From: an uncultured Planctomycetota bacterium
Lineage (GTDB): Bacteria > Planctomycetota > Planctomycetia > Isosphaerales > Isosphaeraceae
DNA length: 64,000 bases
Assembly: GCA_963823665.1 (NCBI GenBank)
Contig: CAWGMQ010000010.1
Location: 512,001 to 576,000, forward strand
Direction of reading: 5' to 3'
The position numbers were made by a program, and so were the translations under genes. Shown piece by piece: positions 42,303 through 53,067 of the stretch. Below the pieces are notes generated by a model. That model did not search any database. It saw only the letters and a list, made by a program, of their open reading frames with translations, and was not told the origin of the DNA. How positions within the stretch are numbered: the stretch's first letter is position 1; every line of letters starts with the position of its first letter.

Positions 42303-45300
42303 TCAACGGTTTTCGACGTGCTTGAGCACCGCCTCGACGTCAGCCCAAAGGCTCCGGCAGGCTTTCTGCTCGTCCATGGAAAGCTGCCTTCACGGCCGCA
42401 TCGTCGCGGATGCCCGCCAGGTCGGAGTCATCCCTCCAGTGCCAGAGCCGCTGGCCCACGACGGCCTTGGCTTCGTGCTTACCCGTCTCGGCCAGCTTCG
42501 TCCAGAAAGCCAGATCGGCGCGCAACCAGTCGAGGGCCTGTTTGCGCCAGCGGGCCATCTCCGGCTCTTCCAGCGATGGTTTGCCGTTACCTTTGCCGGC
42601 GCCCGCCAGCGCTGCGGAGCAGGCGGCGCTGTAGCGGTTCTGGGCTTGAATGTCCTCCGCCAGTTTAGGATCGGCCTGGAATGCCTCGGCGTAGAACCGC
42701 GCCGATGCGGCGAATCCCTTCGACTCGTACGCGAGATCGGCGAATCCGGCTGCTTCCCTGGCGTCGTTAGGTTTGAGGTCGCCCCGCAGCACCGCCGCAA
42801 GACGGTCCACCAGTGGGACCATTCGCTCGAGCCGGCTCACCCAAAAACGGGAGGGATAAGGCCAATCCGCTCGCTTCGAGCCCAGCTCATGACCGCGGCG
42901 AAGCTCGGTCAGGGCCTCACGGAACTGCCCCTGCTTCGAGAGCATTAATCCCAGGTTGCAATGGGCGACTGCGGAGTCGGGCCGGAGCCGGACCGCAGCT
43001 CCGTACTCCGCGATCGCTTCGGCAATCTTCCCCTGGGCGCCCAGCCCGCGGCCGAGGTTGTAATGGGCAATAGCGTTGTCGGGGTCAATTTGGATCGCTG
43101 TGCGGTACTCCACGATCGCCTCATCGGGCTTCCCCTGGGCATCCAGGGCGTTGCCGAGACCATTGCGGGCAACGGAGAACTCGGGCTTGAGCAGGATCGC
43201 CGCACGGTATTCCGCGATCGCCTCATCGGGCTTCCCCTGCTCGTTCAGGCTGTTGCCGAGGTTGCAGTGGGCGTCGGCGCCCTCAGGCTTGAGCCGGATC
43301 ACTTTGCGATACTCGGCGATCGCCTCGGGAAGATTCCCCTGGCTGGATAGGGCATTGGCGAGGTTAAAGTGAGCATTGGCGTCGTCAGGGTTGAGCGCCG
43401 TCTCCGCGCGCAAGATCGCGACGGCCCTCTCCAGAGCCGCCGCACCATCGGGATCTCCGCGTTCCTGAAGCAAGTCACCCAGGCATACCCAATGCCGGCC
43501 ATGAGCCGGCCGGAGACGTGCCAGGTCCTTGAATACGATCGCCGCCTCATCCCCGCGACCGACGCCCTCGAGCGCATGCGCCAGCTCGTGCGCCGTCTCG
43601 GGCCGCAAAGCGCGGGCGACGCTGTAAAACCGGATCGCCTCCTGAGTCCGTGGGGGATGCAGTCTTTCTAGCGCGCGCCCCAGCGTGTAGTTGATCCAGA
43701 GGTCATCGGGATGATGAGCCTGAGCTCGGCGGAGCAAGTCGACGGCCGCATCGTGAAGGTCGGCCTCTCTGAGCGCCTCGGCCAGAAGGATCGAAGTTTC
43801 TGCCGGCCAGTTTTGCGGATCGGCCTCTTTCGCCAGCTTGAGAAACGCCTCGCGCCCGGCCTTGCGGTCAGGCTCCGACCAGAGCTGCCGTAATCGGGCG
43901 CGGGTCGCGTCGGGGTCGACCGCGCGGGCCGTGGCGGTCAGACGCCTCCAGGCATCGGCGTCCTTGGGCCGCGCTTTGCGACGCGCGTACGTCCAGTCGT
44001 CCAATGCTGCAGCCAGCGCACAGCGCCACCCCCGGGGGCCGCGCCCGGATCTTGACCGCCGCCGCGGTCCCTTGCACATCAACGTCCAGATCCGCCGCGC
44101 GGAACGCCCGTGCATAGGCCGCGTCCGTGACCGAGCCATCCCGGTCGTCCTCCTCCGCCGAGCGGATATCCACCGCCGCACGGAGCAAGGCCGCATCGCG
44201 CTCGGCCGCCTCAGATTGGCTCGCGATCTGCTCGCCAAGCTTCTTCACCTGTCGTTCTTGTTCCGCGTCGATCAAGGGTCCGAGCAGGTCATCCGCCCGT
44301 TTGACCGCATCCCGCGCCGAACGCCACTTGGCCGGATCACCCTCCACGTCGGCTGCAGCCAGACCACGCAGCAAGTTCACGTCCTGGAGCGCTAGCTGCA
44401 GCCGATTCGCCTGGTCGCGACGCTGCTGGAAATAGATCGCCGCGCCACCCCCTCCCACCGTGATGAGCGCCAGCACCGCCGCAGCGAGCGCCAGCGTAAC
44501 CTTGCGCCGTTTCCGCTCTTCCTCGGCGCGTGCATCGGCCTCCACCCGCGCCAGCTCGGCCTTCCGCAACCGTTGCTGCACCCCGGTTAGATAGGCCGTG
44601 ATCCGCTCGGAGACCGCACCGGCCCGCCGCGGCCGGTCCAGAACCTGGGGCGCCAGGCAATCCTTCGCCAGCGCGATCAACTCAGAGTCGACGCCACACG
44701 CGTCGAGCCGCGCGTATGTATCGTCCAGATCGCCACGTACCGCCCGCCGCAGCGCCTCGATCGCCGTGCGATCGACGAACGCGGGCCTGCCCGTCAACAT
44801 CTCGCACAGGATGGCGCCGAGCCCGAAAACATCGGCCCGCTCATCGAGCGCCTGGATCTCACCCCGCGCCTGCTCCGGCGCCATATAACCTGGCGTCCCC
44901 AGCACCGACCCGGCCTGTGATAGATCGGTGCCCGCCTCCGACCGTGCGGTGCGGATCGCGGGGCCGGGCGCCCCGGCCTCTTCCATCGGCGCCGCCGGCC
45001 CGTCGCCGCGCGCTCCGTGCTGGGGCAAAACCTTCGCCAGGCCCCAGTCCATGACTTGCACCTCGCCGAAGCTGCCCACCATGATGTTCGATGGCTTCAA
45101 ATCCCGATGGATCACCCCGCGCACATGGGCGTAGTCCATCGTCTGAGCGATCGACTCGAAGATCGACAGGAACCGCGGCAGGTCATCGTGCGCCGGCAGA
45201 GCTTCGGTCAAATCCGCCGCAGCGGCGTCAGACCCGCGCCGGTGCGCGTCTTCCTCATCCGCAATAACTCGGCCAGGGTCCGGCCCTTCACTAGCTTCAT

Positions 45301-45861
45301 CGCGAAGAATGGACGCCGGTCGGCGAAGCTACCCAACTCGTAGATCGGCACGACGCCCGGATGCTGGAGCTGGCCACCGATCTGCGCCTCCTCCACGAAC
45401 CGGCGCACCAGGTCGGGCTTATCTCTGTGCGACTCGAGCAACACCTTGACCGCCAGCTCGCGGCCCAGGTCGACGTCTCTCCCCCTCAGCACGGCACCCA
45501 TGCCGCCGCGGGCAATCTCGCCGAAGAATTGATACTTGTCGGGCCGCTCCGACGGCTCGGGCATCTCGGGCGATGACGGCTCCGCGATCGGCCTCGGCTC
45601 GGTCTCGAAGTCGGTGTCGTGCAGCAGGATCCGAGGGAGGCCGCCGAGCACCTCGCCGAGCAGGGCCAGCGTCCCTGGAGACGCCGGCTCAAGCGAGACC
45701 GTGAGCTCGCCGTCGCCCCGGCCTGTCCCAAAGCCCTCTGGACCGGTGGCCGCATCGGAGACGGCCAGCGCTCCTTGCGTCAGGCAACGCGCACATAGGC
45801 CACCTGAATGATCACCGCGCCGCGGCTCGCCGCAGCTTGGACAGCAATCGGCGTCGCTCAT
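42303..45861 (-). CDS. Ser/Thr protein kinase with TPR repeats, frameshifted
   Basis: GEIARGGMG, HRDLKPSN, DWGLAK, GTPGYMAPEQ; TPRs (AHCNLGN..); split over three ORFs. Confidence 0.9.
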
Positions 45862-46097
45862 CAACGGATCTCCCCAGGATTCGGGCCGTGATGCGGATCG
45901 GTAGAGCGTTGTCGGGGCGATTCACGCTACCAGGGTTCGGCACGGCTTACCACCCTCCGGGGCAAACCGTTCGCCCCGCTGTCCGCGAGCGCAGTTGCTC
46001 AAAATCGGCGCGGCCGCGGCGGCAAGTCCTGACGGAATTTGAATTCTCAGGGTAACCTGGCAATGCGAGTACTCTACTCTCTGGAGGAGTCATCACC

Positions 46098-47837
46098 ATG
46101 TGGTCTTCTACTTTCGGTTCCATGTTCATAAATACAAGAACACGATTGACGTCCCTCACCGCGATCGCCCTGACGTTCGCGACGGTCCTCGCAACCGCCG
46201 GCGACGACGACCAGGCGAAAGACGTCGCCAAAACGGCCAATTCGAATGCCGGCTCCGCCAGGCAGACTGGAACACCGCCGTCACCGGCAACGCTCGGCGT
46301 GCTCCTGAACGACTCGCGTGCATGCCCCGGCTTTAACCTGATCAACCCCGGTCGCAAGCAGACCTACCTCTATGACAACGAAGGCCGCGTGGTTCATACG
46401 TGGAACAGTGACTATTCCAGCGGGGCGGCTGCTTATTTGCTCGAAAACGGTCACCTCTTCCGGCCCGCCGAGGCTCCCAATCGCAACCGGGCTTTCCAGG
46501 GCCCAGCCGCGAGCGGCCGTTTTCAAGAATTCGACTGGGATGGCAACCTCGTCTGGGATTTCGAGTACCACAGCGAAAAGCGAATGCCTCACCACGACGC
46601 GATCAAACTCCCGAATGGCAACGCGTTGCTCATCTGCTGGGAAATGATCGATGAGAAGGAAGCCGTCTCCAAGGGCCGCCGCCCGGAAACCGTGAAGAGC
46701 TCTCACCTCCAGCCCGATTGCCTGGTCGAGCTCAAGCCCACCGGCAAGCATTCCAGCGAAATCGTGTGGGAATGGCGAAGCTGGGATCACCTGATCCAGG
46801 ACCACGACAAAACCAAACCCGGTTTTGGCGAAGTCTCCGAACATCCCGAGCTGTTCGACCTGAACTACATGGGTGGCGAGGAAGACCCGGTCGCGAAAAC
46901 GAAAGCAAACACGAAAACGACGGCGACCAAGGATGATCCAAAGCAAGGCCAGGCTCCCGCCGTTCGCAAGAACCCCGACTGGATGCACGTCAACGCAGTG
47001 GCTTATAACGCCGACCTCGACCAGATCGCGCTCAGCAGTCCCAATTTCAGCGAGATCTGGATCATCGACCACAGCACCACCACGGCGGAAGCGAAGGGCC
47101 ACACCGGCGGGCGCGCCGGCAAAGGCGGCGATATCCTCTACCGCTGGGGCAACCCACGAGCCTACAAGAACGGTACGAGCAGCGATCGTCGCCTCTACTT
47201 CCAGCACAACATCCAGTGGATTGCCAAAGGGCTCCCAGGCACAGGCCACTTGCTCGTCTTCAATAACGGCGGCGGTCGCAAGCCCGAGGAATACTCCTCG
47301 GTCGACGAATTCGTTCCGCCCACCAACAACGACGGCCATTACATCCACCCGAAAGGCGCACCCTTCGGCCCCGCCGAGCCGCTCTGGAGCTACACCACTC
47401 CGAACAAGAAAGACTTCTTCTCATGGTTCATCTCCGGAGCCCAGCGCCTTTCGAACGGAAACACCCTGATCAACGCGGGCGCCTATGGCCTCGTATTTGA
47501 AGTGACTCCGGAAGGCGAAACCGTCTGGAAGTTCGCCAATCCGTTCAAGCCCGCCGGCGGTGGGCCGCCCAATGCGATTGCGGCACCAAAGCGGCCAGAC
47601 ACCGCCGCACAAAAAACGAAAGCGGCCGACACCAAGAAAGCTCAGCCTGCTCCAGGGCCACCGCCAGGGCGGCGGCGCCCACGCCGGCAAGGCAACATGC
47701 TCTTCCGCGCGACGCGATACGCTCTTGACCACTCCGCCTTCGCCGGTAAGACGCTCAAGCCCGGGCAGACACTCGGCGAGATCGAAGAGAATCCCGGCAA
47801 TTCCCTTCCCGCGACCAGTGCCGCGAAGGGTCGCTGA
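46098..47837 (+). CDS. Aryl-sulfate sulfotransferase (ASST) family protein
   Basis: HHD, DWMHVNAV, SEIWIIDHSTT, LYRWGNP, FQHN and SGAQRLSNGNTLI; GGAGG RBS. Confidence 0.85.
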   Translation: MWSSTFGSMFINTRTRLTSLTAIALTFATVLATAGDDDQAKDVAKTANSNAGSARQTGTPPSPATLGVLLNDSRACPGFNLINPGRKQTYLYDNEGRVVHTWNSDYSSGAAAYLLENGHLFRPAEAPNRNRAFQGPAASGRFQEFDWDGNLVWDFEYHSEKRMPHHDAIKLPNGNALLICWEMIDEKEAVSKGRRPETVKSSHLQPDCLVELKPTGKHSSEIVWEWRSWDHLIQDHDKTKPGFGEVSEHPELFDLNYMGGEEDPVAKTKANTKTTATKDDPKQGQAPAVRKNPDWMHVNAVAYNADLDQIALSSPNFSEIWIIDHSTTTAEAKGHTGGRAGKGGDILYRWGNPRAYKNGTSSDRRLYFQHNIQWIAKGLPGTGHLLVFNNGGGRKPEEYSSVDEFVPPTNNDGHYIHPKGAPFGPAEPLWSYTTPNKKDFFSWFISGAQRLSNGNTLINAGAYGLVFEVTPEGETVWKFANPFKPAGGGPPNAIAAPKRPDTAAQKTKAADTKKAQPAPGPPPGRRRPRRQGNMLFRATRYALDHSAFAGKTLKPGQTLGEIEENPGNSLPATSAAKGR

Positions 47838-48128
47838 ACAACCCTGTGCTCCATGAAGATCGACCGAAACAGGGCATCAGATCGCCGGCGCGGCGTCCAC
47901 CGCGGGCGGCTGCCTGCCTGGAGGAAAGAAAAATGGGTCACCGCCGGTGCCCACTCTCGCGGAGCACGCTCCCCGACCCCCGTTCTCACGTCTGACAGAG
48001 GAGCATTCATCTTGCTGGGCTCAAGCAGACGCATTAGGCCGAATGGGCCGGGAGACAAACCAGGGCGAAATCGGCGTCGTGATAGACGGCAAATACTACG
48101 GGATCACCGAGTACGCGGAGGGGTGACG

Positions 48129-48434
48129 ATGTTGACTGAAGAACAGATCCGACAGTCCTTGCACGCCCGCCGAGTCATTCCTCTCGGAGTGGCCAATCCT
48201 CACGGACCGTTCGGCTTGGAGCAACTCGCAGCAGCCGTGTCGCACCACGCCGCGCAAACCGAGCCACCGACGGATCAGCCCCGTATCCGCCGTTTCATCG
48301 AGCTGAAAGCTGAGACTTGGGAAAAACTCGACGACCTCGCCGAAGCGACAGCTCGCACGACGTCCGCGCATGTTTCCGCATCCCAAATGGCCGCTGCAAT
48401 CGTCGAGCAAGCAGTCGCCAATCTCTCGGAGTGA
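48129..48434 (+). CDS. Small hypothetical protein with possible ribbon-helix-helix C-terminus
   Basis: GGAGG RBS; IELKAETWEKLDDLA..SASQMAAAIVEQA. Confidence 0.6.
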   Translation: MLTEEQIRQSLHARRVIPLGVANPHGPFGLEQLAAAVSHHAAQTEPPTDQPRIRRFIELKAETWEKLDDLAEATARTTSAHVSASQMAAAIVEQAVANLSE

Positions 48435-48525
48435 CGGCGGATCAATCGGAATGCGCCAATCTCGCTCAGGAAGGGTATCATCCATCGCGAGCAGTACTCC
48501 GAGCGCCAGTCGCCTTTTACCCAGA

Positions 48526-48642
48526 AACGCGCTCCTCGATAACGGCGACCGTCTCACCCAGCCCGAGTTCCACCGCAGGTACTTGGCCTACCCCGAAGAC
48601 GTCAAATTCGAGCTCGTTGGGAGAATCGTCTACATTCCGCAC
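48526..48642 (+). pseudogene. Uma2 family endonuclease remnant
   Basis: LDNGDRLTQPEFHRRY..KFELVGRIVY N-terminal motif only. Confidence 0.7.
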
Positions 48643-48745
48643 ACGACAGCGATTCCCAGTCACTCTCTAACTCGAAATCTCGCGGTCCAGAAGGGTATCA
48701 TCAGGACATCAGCTCTCGCGCGTGCCCTGCCAAGAAAGCCCGCCA

Positions 48746-49683
48746 ATGATCGAACCCCCACCCACCTCCGTTGCCGCCGAGCTTCCGCACCTGGCAACGT
48801 TTGCGAGGGCCGCGGAGCAGGGAAGCTTCACCGCCGCCGCCAGCGCACTCGGCATCACTCAAGCCGCCGTCAGCCAGCGAATCGCCATCCTCGAAAAAGA
48901 AGTGCGGATTTCGCTCTTCAACCGCAGGGCAGGAAAAATCACTCTCACGGAAGCCGGCGAGCGGCTCTACCACTTCGCCCGGCAGATTCTTGACTTGCAC
49001 GAGCACGCGCGAACCTCCTTGAGCGGCGCGTACCCCGCCGTCTCCGGAGACCTGTCAATCGCGGCAAGCTCCGTGCCCGGCGAGTACTTCCTCCCCTCGT
49101 TGCTCTCCGCCTTTCACGCCGAGTATCCCGACGTGCATGTCCGGGCCACCGTCAGCGATAGCGGCCTCGTCCTGAAGGATATCGAAAAAGGCCGCGCGAC
49201 CCTCGGCCTGGTCGGACAGAAGACGGACAATCCCATCCTTGATTACCGCACCATCGCTTCGGATTCCCTCGTCCTGATCGTCTCCCCGGGGCATCCATCG
49301 CTCCGAAGAAAAACCATTTCGCCCGATGCTCTGAAAACCGAACGGCTAATCGTCCGCGAGCCCGGTTCGGGTTCCCGCTGCGCCCTGGAGCAAGGCCTCA
49401 CGCGAGCCGGCATGTCGCTCGCGGACCTGAATGTCGCCCTCGAGCTCGGCAGCAACGCCGCCATCAAGGATGCTGTGCAACGGGGCCTTGGAGTGGCGTT
49501 CCTCTCACAACTGGCAGTGCGAAAGAGCTCCTCTCGAGCGAGCTGCGAACCATCGCCGTCAAGGGCATCGACCTGAACCGCGATTTCTACCTCGTCTATA
49601 ACCGCCGCCGCCCGCTCCCACCCGCCGCGGCTGCATTCCTCCATTTCCTCGAGATGCATCCCATCGAGCCCGACAAGCAATGA
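48746..49683 (+). CDS. LysR family regulator (CysL / selenium-metabolism-associated type), frameshift near 49530
   Basis: HTH SFTAAASALGITQAAVSQRI; AASSVPGEYFLP, REPGSGSR and ELGSNAAIK. Confidence 0.9.
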
Positions 49684-49694
49684 GGCCCGCCAGC

Positions 49695-49713
49695 CCATAA
49701 GCCCATCTTATGG
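49695..49713. promoter_or_regulatory. LysR-type operator CCATAAG-N5-CTTATGG
   Basis: Perfect 7-bp dyad containing T-N11-A, just after the LysR stop and upstream of the next gene. Confidence 0.7.
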
Positions 49714-49886
49714 CAGGTCCAACGCATATCAGACCAAGCTCGGTGGTTCGATCGCCATGGACTGACGATCATAAACCTCGAGTCGCCTCTGGCGACGAAG
49801 TTCGTTCTTCGTCCCGCACGCCTGCTCGAAACCTGGCCCCCGCTCGAGCCGCTGTCCCGATTCGGGGCCGTTCCAAGGAGAAGTTC

Positions 49887-50444
49887 ATGCGATCACGATC
49901 GGTAAGGGGTATCTCGTCCGTGATGGTCTCCATCATCGTGGCGGGAACCACCCTCGCGGGAGACGCCGTCAAATCCGGCTTGAAGCCCGGTGAGCTGGTG
50001 AACCCGTTCAACGTTGAGGACATCACCGGCCCGAACAAGGGCACCACGCTCTGCTACCGCTGAAGTTACGGCTCCGCTCCTGTGGTCTGCGTGTTTGCCC
50101 GCAAGACCTCCGAGCCCTTGACCAGTTTGGTCAAGCAGATCGACAAGAAAATTGCCGAGAATTCGAGTCTCAAGAGCTTCGTCGTCATGATGGCCAAAGA
50201 CGGCGACAGCACCAAAGAAGCGCTCAAGAAGCTGGCCGAGGAGGCCGGCGTCAAGAACATTCCGCTGACGATGACCGGCGACAAGGACGGCCCGCCCGAC
50301 TACGAGATCTCCTCGGACGCCGACGTCACGGTCCTCATGTGGAACCAGGGCGCAGTCAAGTTCGGCCACGGCTACAAAGGTGAGCTGACCGAGAAAAACA
50401 TCGAGACGATCCTGTCCGATATACCAAAGCTTCTGGGCAAGTAA
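49887..50444 (+). CDS. Secreted thioredoxin-like protein with in-frame TGA (CxxU), candidate selenoprotein
   Basis: AAGGAG RBS and signal peptide; ORFs 49710..50063 and 50082..50444 are in one frame, joined by LCYR-TGA-SYG. Confidence 0.8.
50082..50110 (+). promoter_or_regulatory. Candidate bacterial SECIS hairpin
   Basis: GGTCT-GCG-(TGTTTGCC)-CGC-A-AGACC; loop begins 28 nt after the TGA, with G at loop position 2. Confidence 0.55.
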
Positions 50445-50519
50445 GTAAGCCGACCTTCGCCAGCCGTAGGGAGGGGTAACCGGACCGCTTCCCACTCCCC
50501 TCCGGCCAACCAATGACAC

Positions 50520-50556
50520 GCCACGACCCGGGCATCTCGCCCGGGTCGTGGCATTT
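50520..50556 (+). terminator. Strong hairpin, probable terminator
   Basis: GCCACGACCCGGGC-atctc-GCCCGGGTCGTGGC then ATTT. Confidence 0.6.
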
Positions 50557-50874
50557 CGTCCCGAGCTCGATCGTCGTCCCACCGCAGAAAATACGACACT
50601 CCTGAGGGAACCTGGTGACCCCGCCCCGCGCTATGGCCCGGTTTCGTCGCCCCGCGCCATCGAAATGGCGTCCGATCGAGCAATCGAGCGCAGACTACCC
50701 CTCACGAATGATGCGAGAAGCTCCCTCCCCTGAAAACGAGGGTCAGGGGTGGTGCATTCCGGCCGCCGCGGTCACGACGCCGTCGCGCAACAATTATCCT
50801 GGACACCTCCCGGTCTGATGCTCGGTCGGATGCCCCGCCTTGACGACCACCGCAAGAACCAGCCACACTAGGTT

Positions 50875-51249
50875 GTGGAGGTGACTGCTGTGTGCCGTCT
50901 GATGATGTTCGCGACATGCCTGATCGCTACCCTCTCGGGTACCCCGCTCCGGCTAGCCGAAGCCGCAAACGACTTCGCCCGTTGCGTGGCTGATCGGGAC
51001 GAACGTCAGAACATCGAGACGATTGACGGCGGCGTGGGCGATGACTCAGGTACCGCGATCCTGAGGACAAGCGGTCATCAATCACCAGACGCAATGGCCC
51101 CGCCCGCGCAGCCGGATGGCCCCGTCGCGATGCTCCTCCCCATCGTCCTGCCAACGAGCGCCGGGCACCAAAGCGCCAGCGTTCCCATCGCCGCGCTTTC
51201 ACCAGGCTCTGTCCCAAAGCATGTTTGGCTTCAGCGCTTCTTGTTTTGA
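50875..51249 (+). CDS. Hypothetical protein
   Basis: ORF with signal-like N-terminus and VWLQRFLF end, upstream of the DUF1559 gene. Confidence 0.45.
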   Translation: MEVTAVCRLMMFATCLIATLSGTPLRLAEAANDFARCVADRDERQNIETIDGGVGDDSGTAILRTSGHQSPDAMAPPAQPDGPVAMLLPIVLPTSAGHQSASVPIAALSPGSVPKHVWLQRFLF

Positions 51250-51309
51250 TCGAGTCGGTCAGTCGCGAGATTGTTGTCCGCCCACTGCCCGAACCATCAA
51301 GATAGGAGC

Positions 51310-52263
51310 ATGCCAATGCCTCGACTTTCCTTGCCCTGTGCTCGTCGCGCATTTACATTGATCGAGCTTCTTGTAGTGATTGCGATCATCGCCGTCTTGA
51401 TCGCCCTGCTGTTGCCCGCCGTGCAGGCGGCCCGTGAATCGGCCCGAAGAGCCCAGTGCCTGAACAATTTGAAACAGATCGGGCTGGCGCTGCATAATTA
51501 CCACAGCACGTACGACACATTCCCGCCCGGATATATCTCGGTCACACGGGGTAACCAGCCGACCGGCCAGGATATCGGCCCAGGATGGGGTTGGGGTGCG
51601 ATGATCCTCGGCAATCTTGAGCAAACGTCGATCGCCAATTCCCTGAATTTCAGCCTGTTGACGTCTGCTCCCGGCTCACAAACCGTTCGCCAGACCAGCT
51701 TGTCGGTGTTTCTCTGCCCCAGCAACTCGGGTGGCACCGGCCCCCTCTCGATCAAGGACAGTTCGGGCAACATCCTGGTCGGCGATCTGGCGCCCGGTCA
51801 GTACATCGGCGTCGCCGGCCAGTGGGAGCCCGAGGAATTCCCCGCGCCCAATAACGGTGTCTTCTACCGCAACAGCAGGATCGGCCTGCGCGAGATCACC
51901 GACGGCTCGAGTACCACCCTCATGGCCGGCGAGCGGTCGCAAAACGTCGCCAATGCGACCTGGAGCGGCATGATCCCCTTCGGCCAGGCCTGCAATAACC
52001 CCAACTGGCCCGTCCAGGATTGCGAGGCGTCCAACGTCCTGATTCTCGGCCACACCGGGCCCTCGCCAGATGAGCCCTGGATCGACGTGCCCAACTACCA
52101 GAAGGCAGGCGCCGATGATTTCCACAGCCTGCACTCGGGCGGCTGCAACTTCCTCTTCGGCGATGGTTCCATCCGGTTCGTCAAGGAGACGATCAATCCC
52201 CAGGTCTTCAGCTATCTCTCGACGCGAGCCGGCGCCGAGCTCGTCAGCTCCGATCAGTTCTGA
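51310..52263 (+). CDS. DUF1559 protein with prepilin-type N-terminus and H-X9-DG motif
   Basis: [48 protein letters not shown]. Confidence 0.95.
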   Translation: MPMPRLSLPCARRAFTLIELLVVIAIIAVLIALLLPAVQAARESARRAQCLNNLKQIGLALHNYHSTYDTFPPGYISVTRGNQPTGQDIGPGWGWGAMILGNLEQTSIANSLNFSLLTSAPGSQTVRQTSLSVFLCPSNSGGTGPLSIKDSSGNILVGDLAPGQYIGVAGQWEPEEFPAPNNGVFYRNSRIGLREITDGSSTTLMAGERSQNVANATWSGMIPFGQACNNPNWPVQDCEASNVLILGHTGPSPDEPWIDVPNYQKAGADDFHSLHSGGCNFLFGDGSIRFVKETINPQVFSYLSTRAGAELVSSDQF

Positions 52264-52515
52264 TCAGCAGCCAGGTGATCCACAAGCTCGCCGGCTATTT
52301 CAACGTCAACGCACGCGTCCTCGCGAAAAACTTCTGATGCGCTTCCGTTCAAACCCCCTCCTGGCGATCCCGGTTCCCGATCCTGTCCCATGTGTCTCGG
52401 ACAGCGGTCGCCGAATATTCTTGAGGCCGGTGCGAATCGCAAGGTGGTCAAGAGCACGCGATTGTGTTCGGCTGAACGCCACGCTCTCTCTCTTTGTCTT
52501 CAACCATCCGAGCCC

Positions 52516-53067
52516 ATGATGACTGCCGCTATTGCACTCCGGAATGTCACCAAGAGCGTCAGGAACTTGGTCGCGGTCGAGAAGCTCGAACTCACGGTGC
52601 CGCTGGGCTCCCTCCACGGCTTCATCGGGCCCAACGGCTCGGGCAAGACAACGACCTTGCGCATGATCATGCACATCCTCCTGCCCGATGAGGGCGAAAT
52701 CGAGGTGCTCGGCCAGCGCGGCACGCGAGCCGCGCGCGATTGCATCAGCTATCTTCCCGAAGAGCGCGGGCTCTACAAGCGCATGTCGGTGCGCAGGCTT
52801 CTTCGCTACTACGGTGCACTCAAAGGCGCGGTTCAGCCTCAGCTCGATCGCTCGATTGCCGAGTGGCTCGAGCGCCTCGGGCTTTCCGCGTCGCTCGATC
52901 GCAAGATCGACAGCCTGTCCAAAGGCATGGCTCAAAAGGTCCAATTCATCGCCGCGGTCCTCAACCAGCCGCGGCTCTTGATCCTCGACGAGCCGTTCTC
53001 GGGCCTCGACCCCGTCAACGCCGAAGTGCTCAGGGACGCCGTCCTCGATCTCAAGCGATCGGAGACA
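52516..53067 (+). pseudogene. Truncated ABC-2 transporter ATP-binding gene
   Basis: GPNGSGKTT, LSKGM and LDEPFSGLDP present; homology ends before the H-loop, at the pfk stop. Confidence 0.8.
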
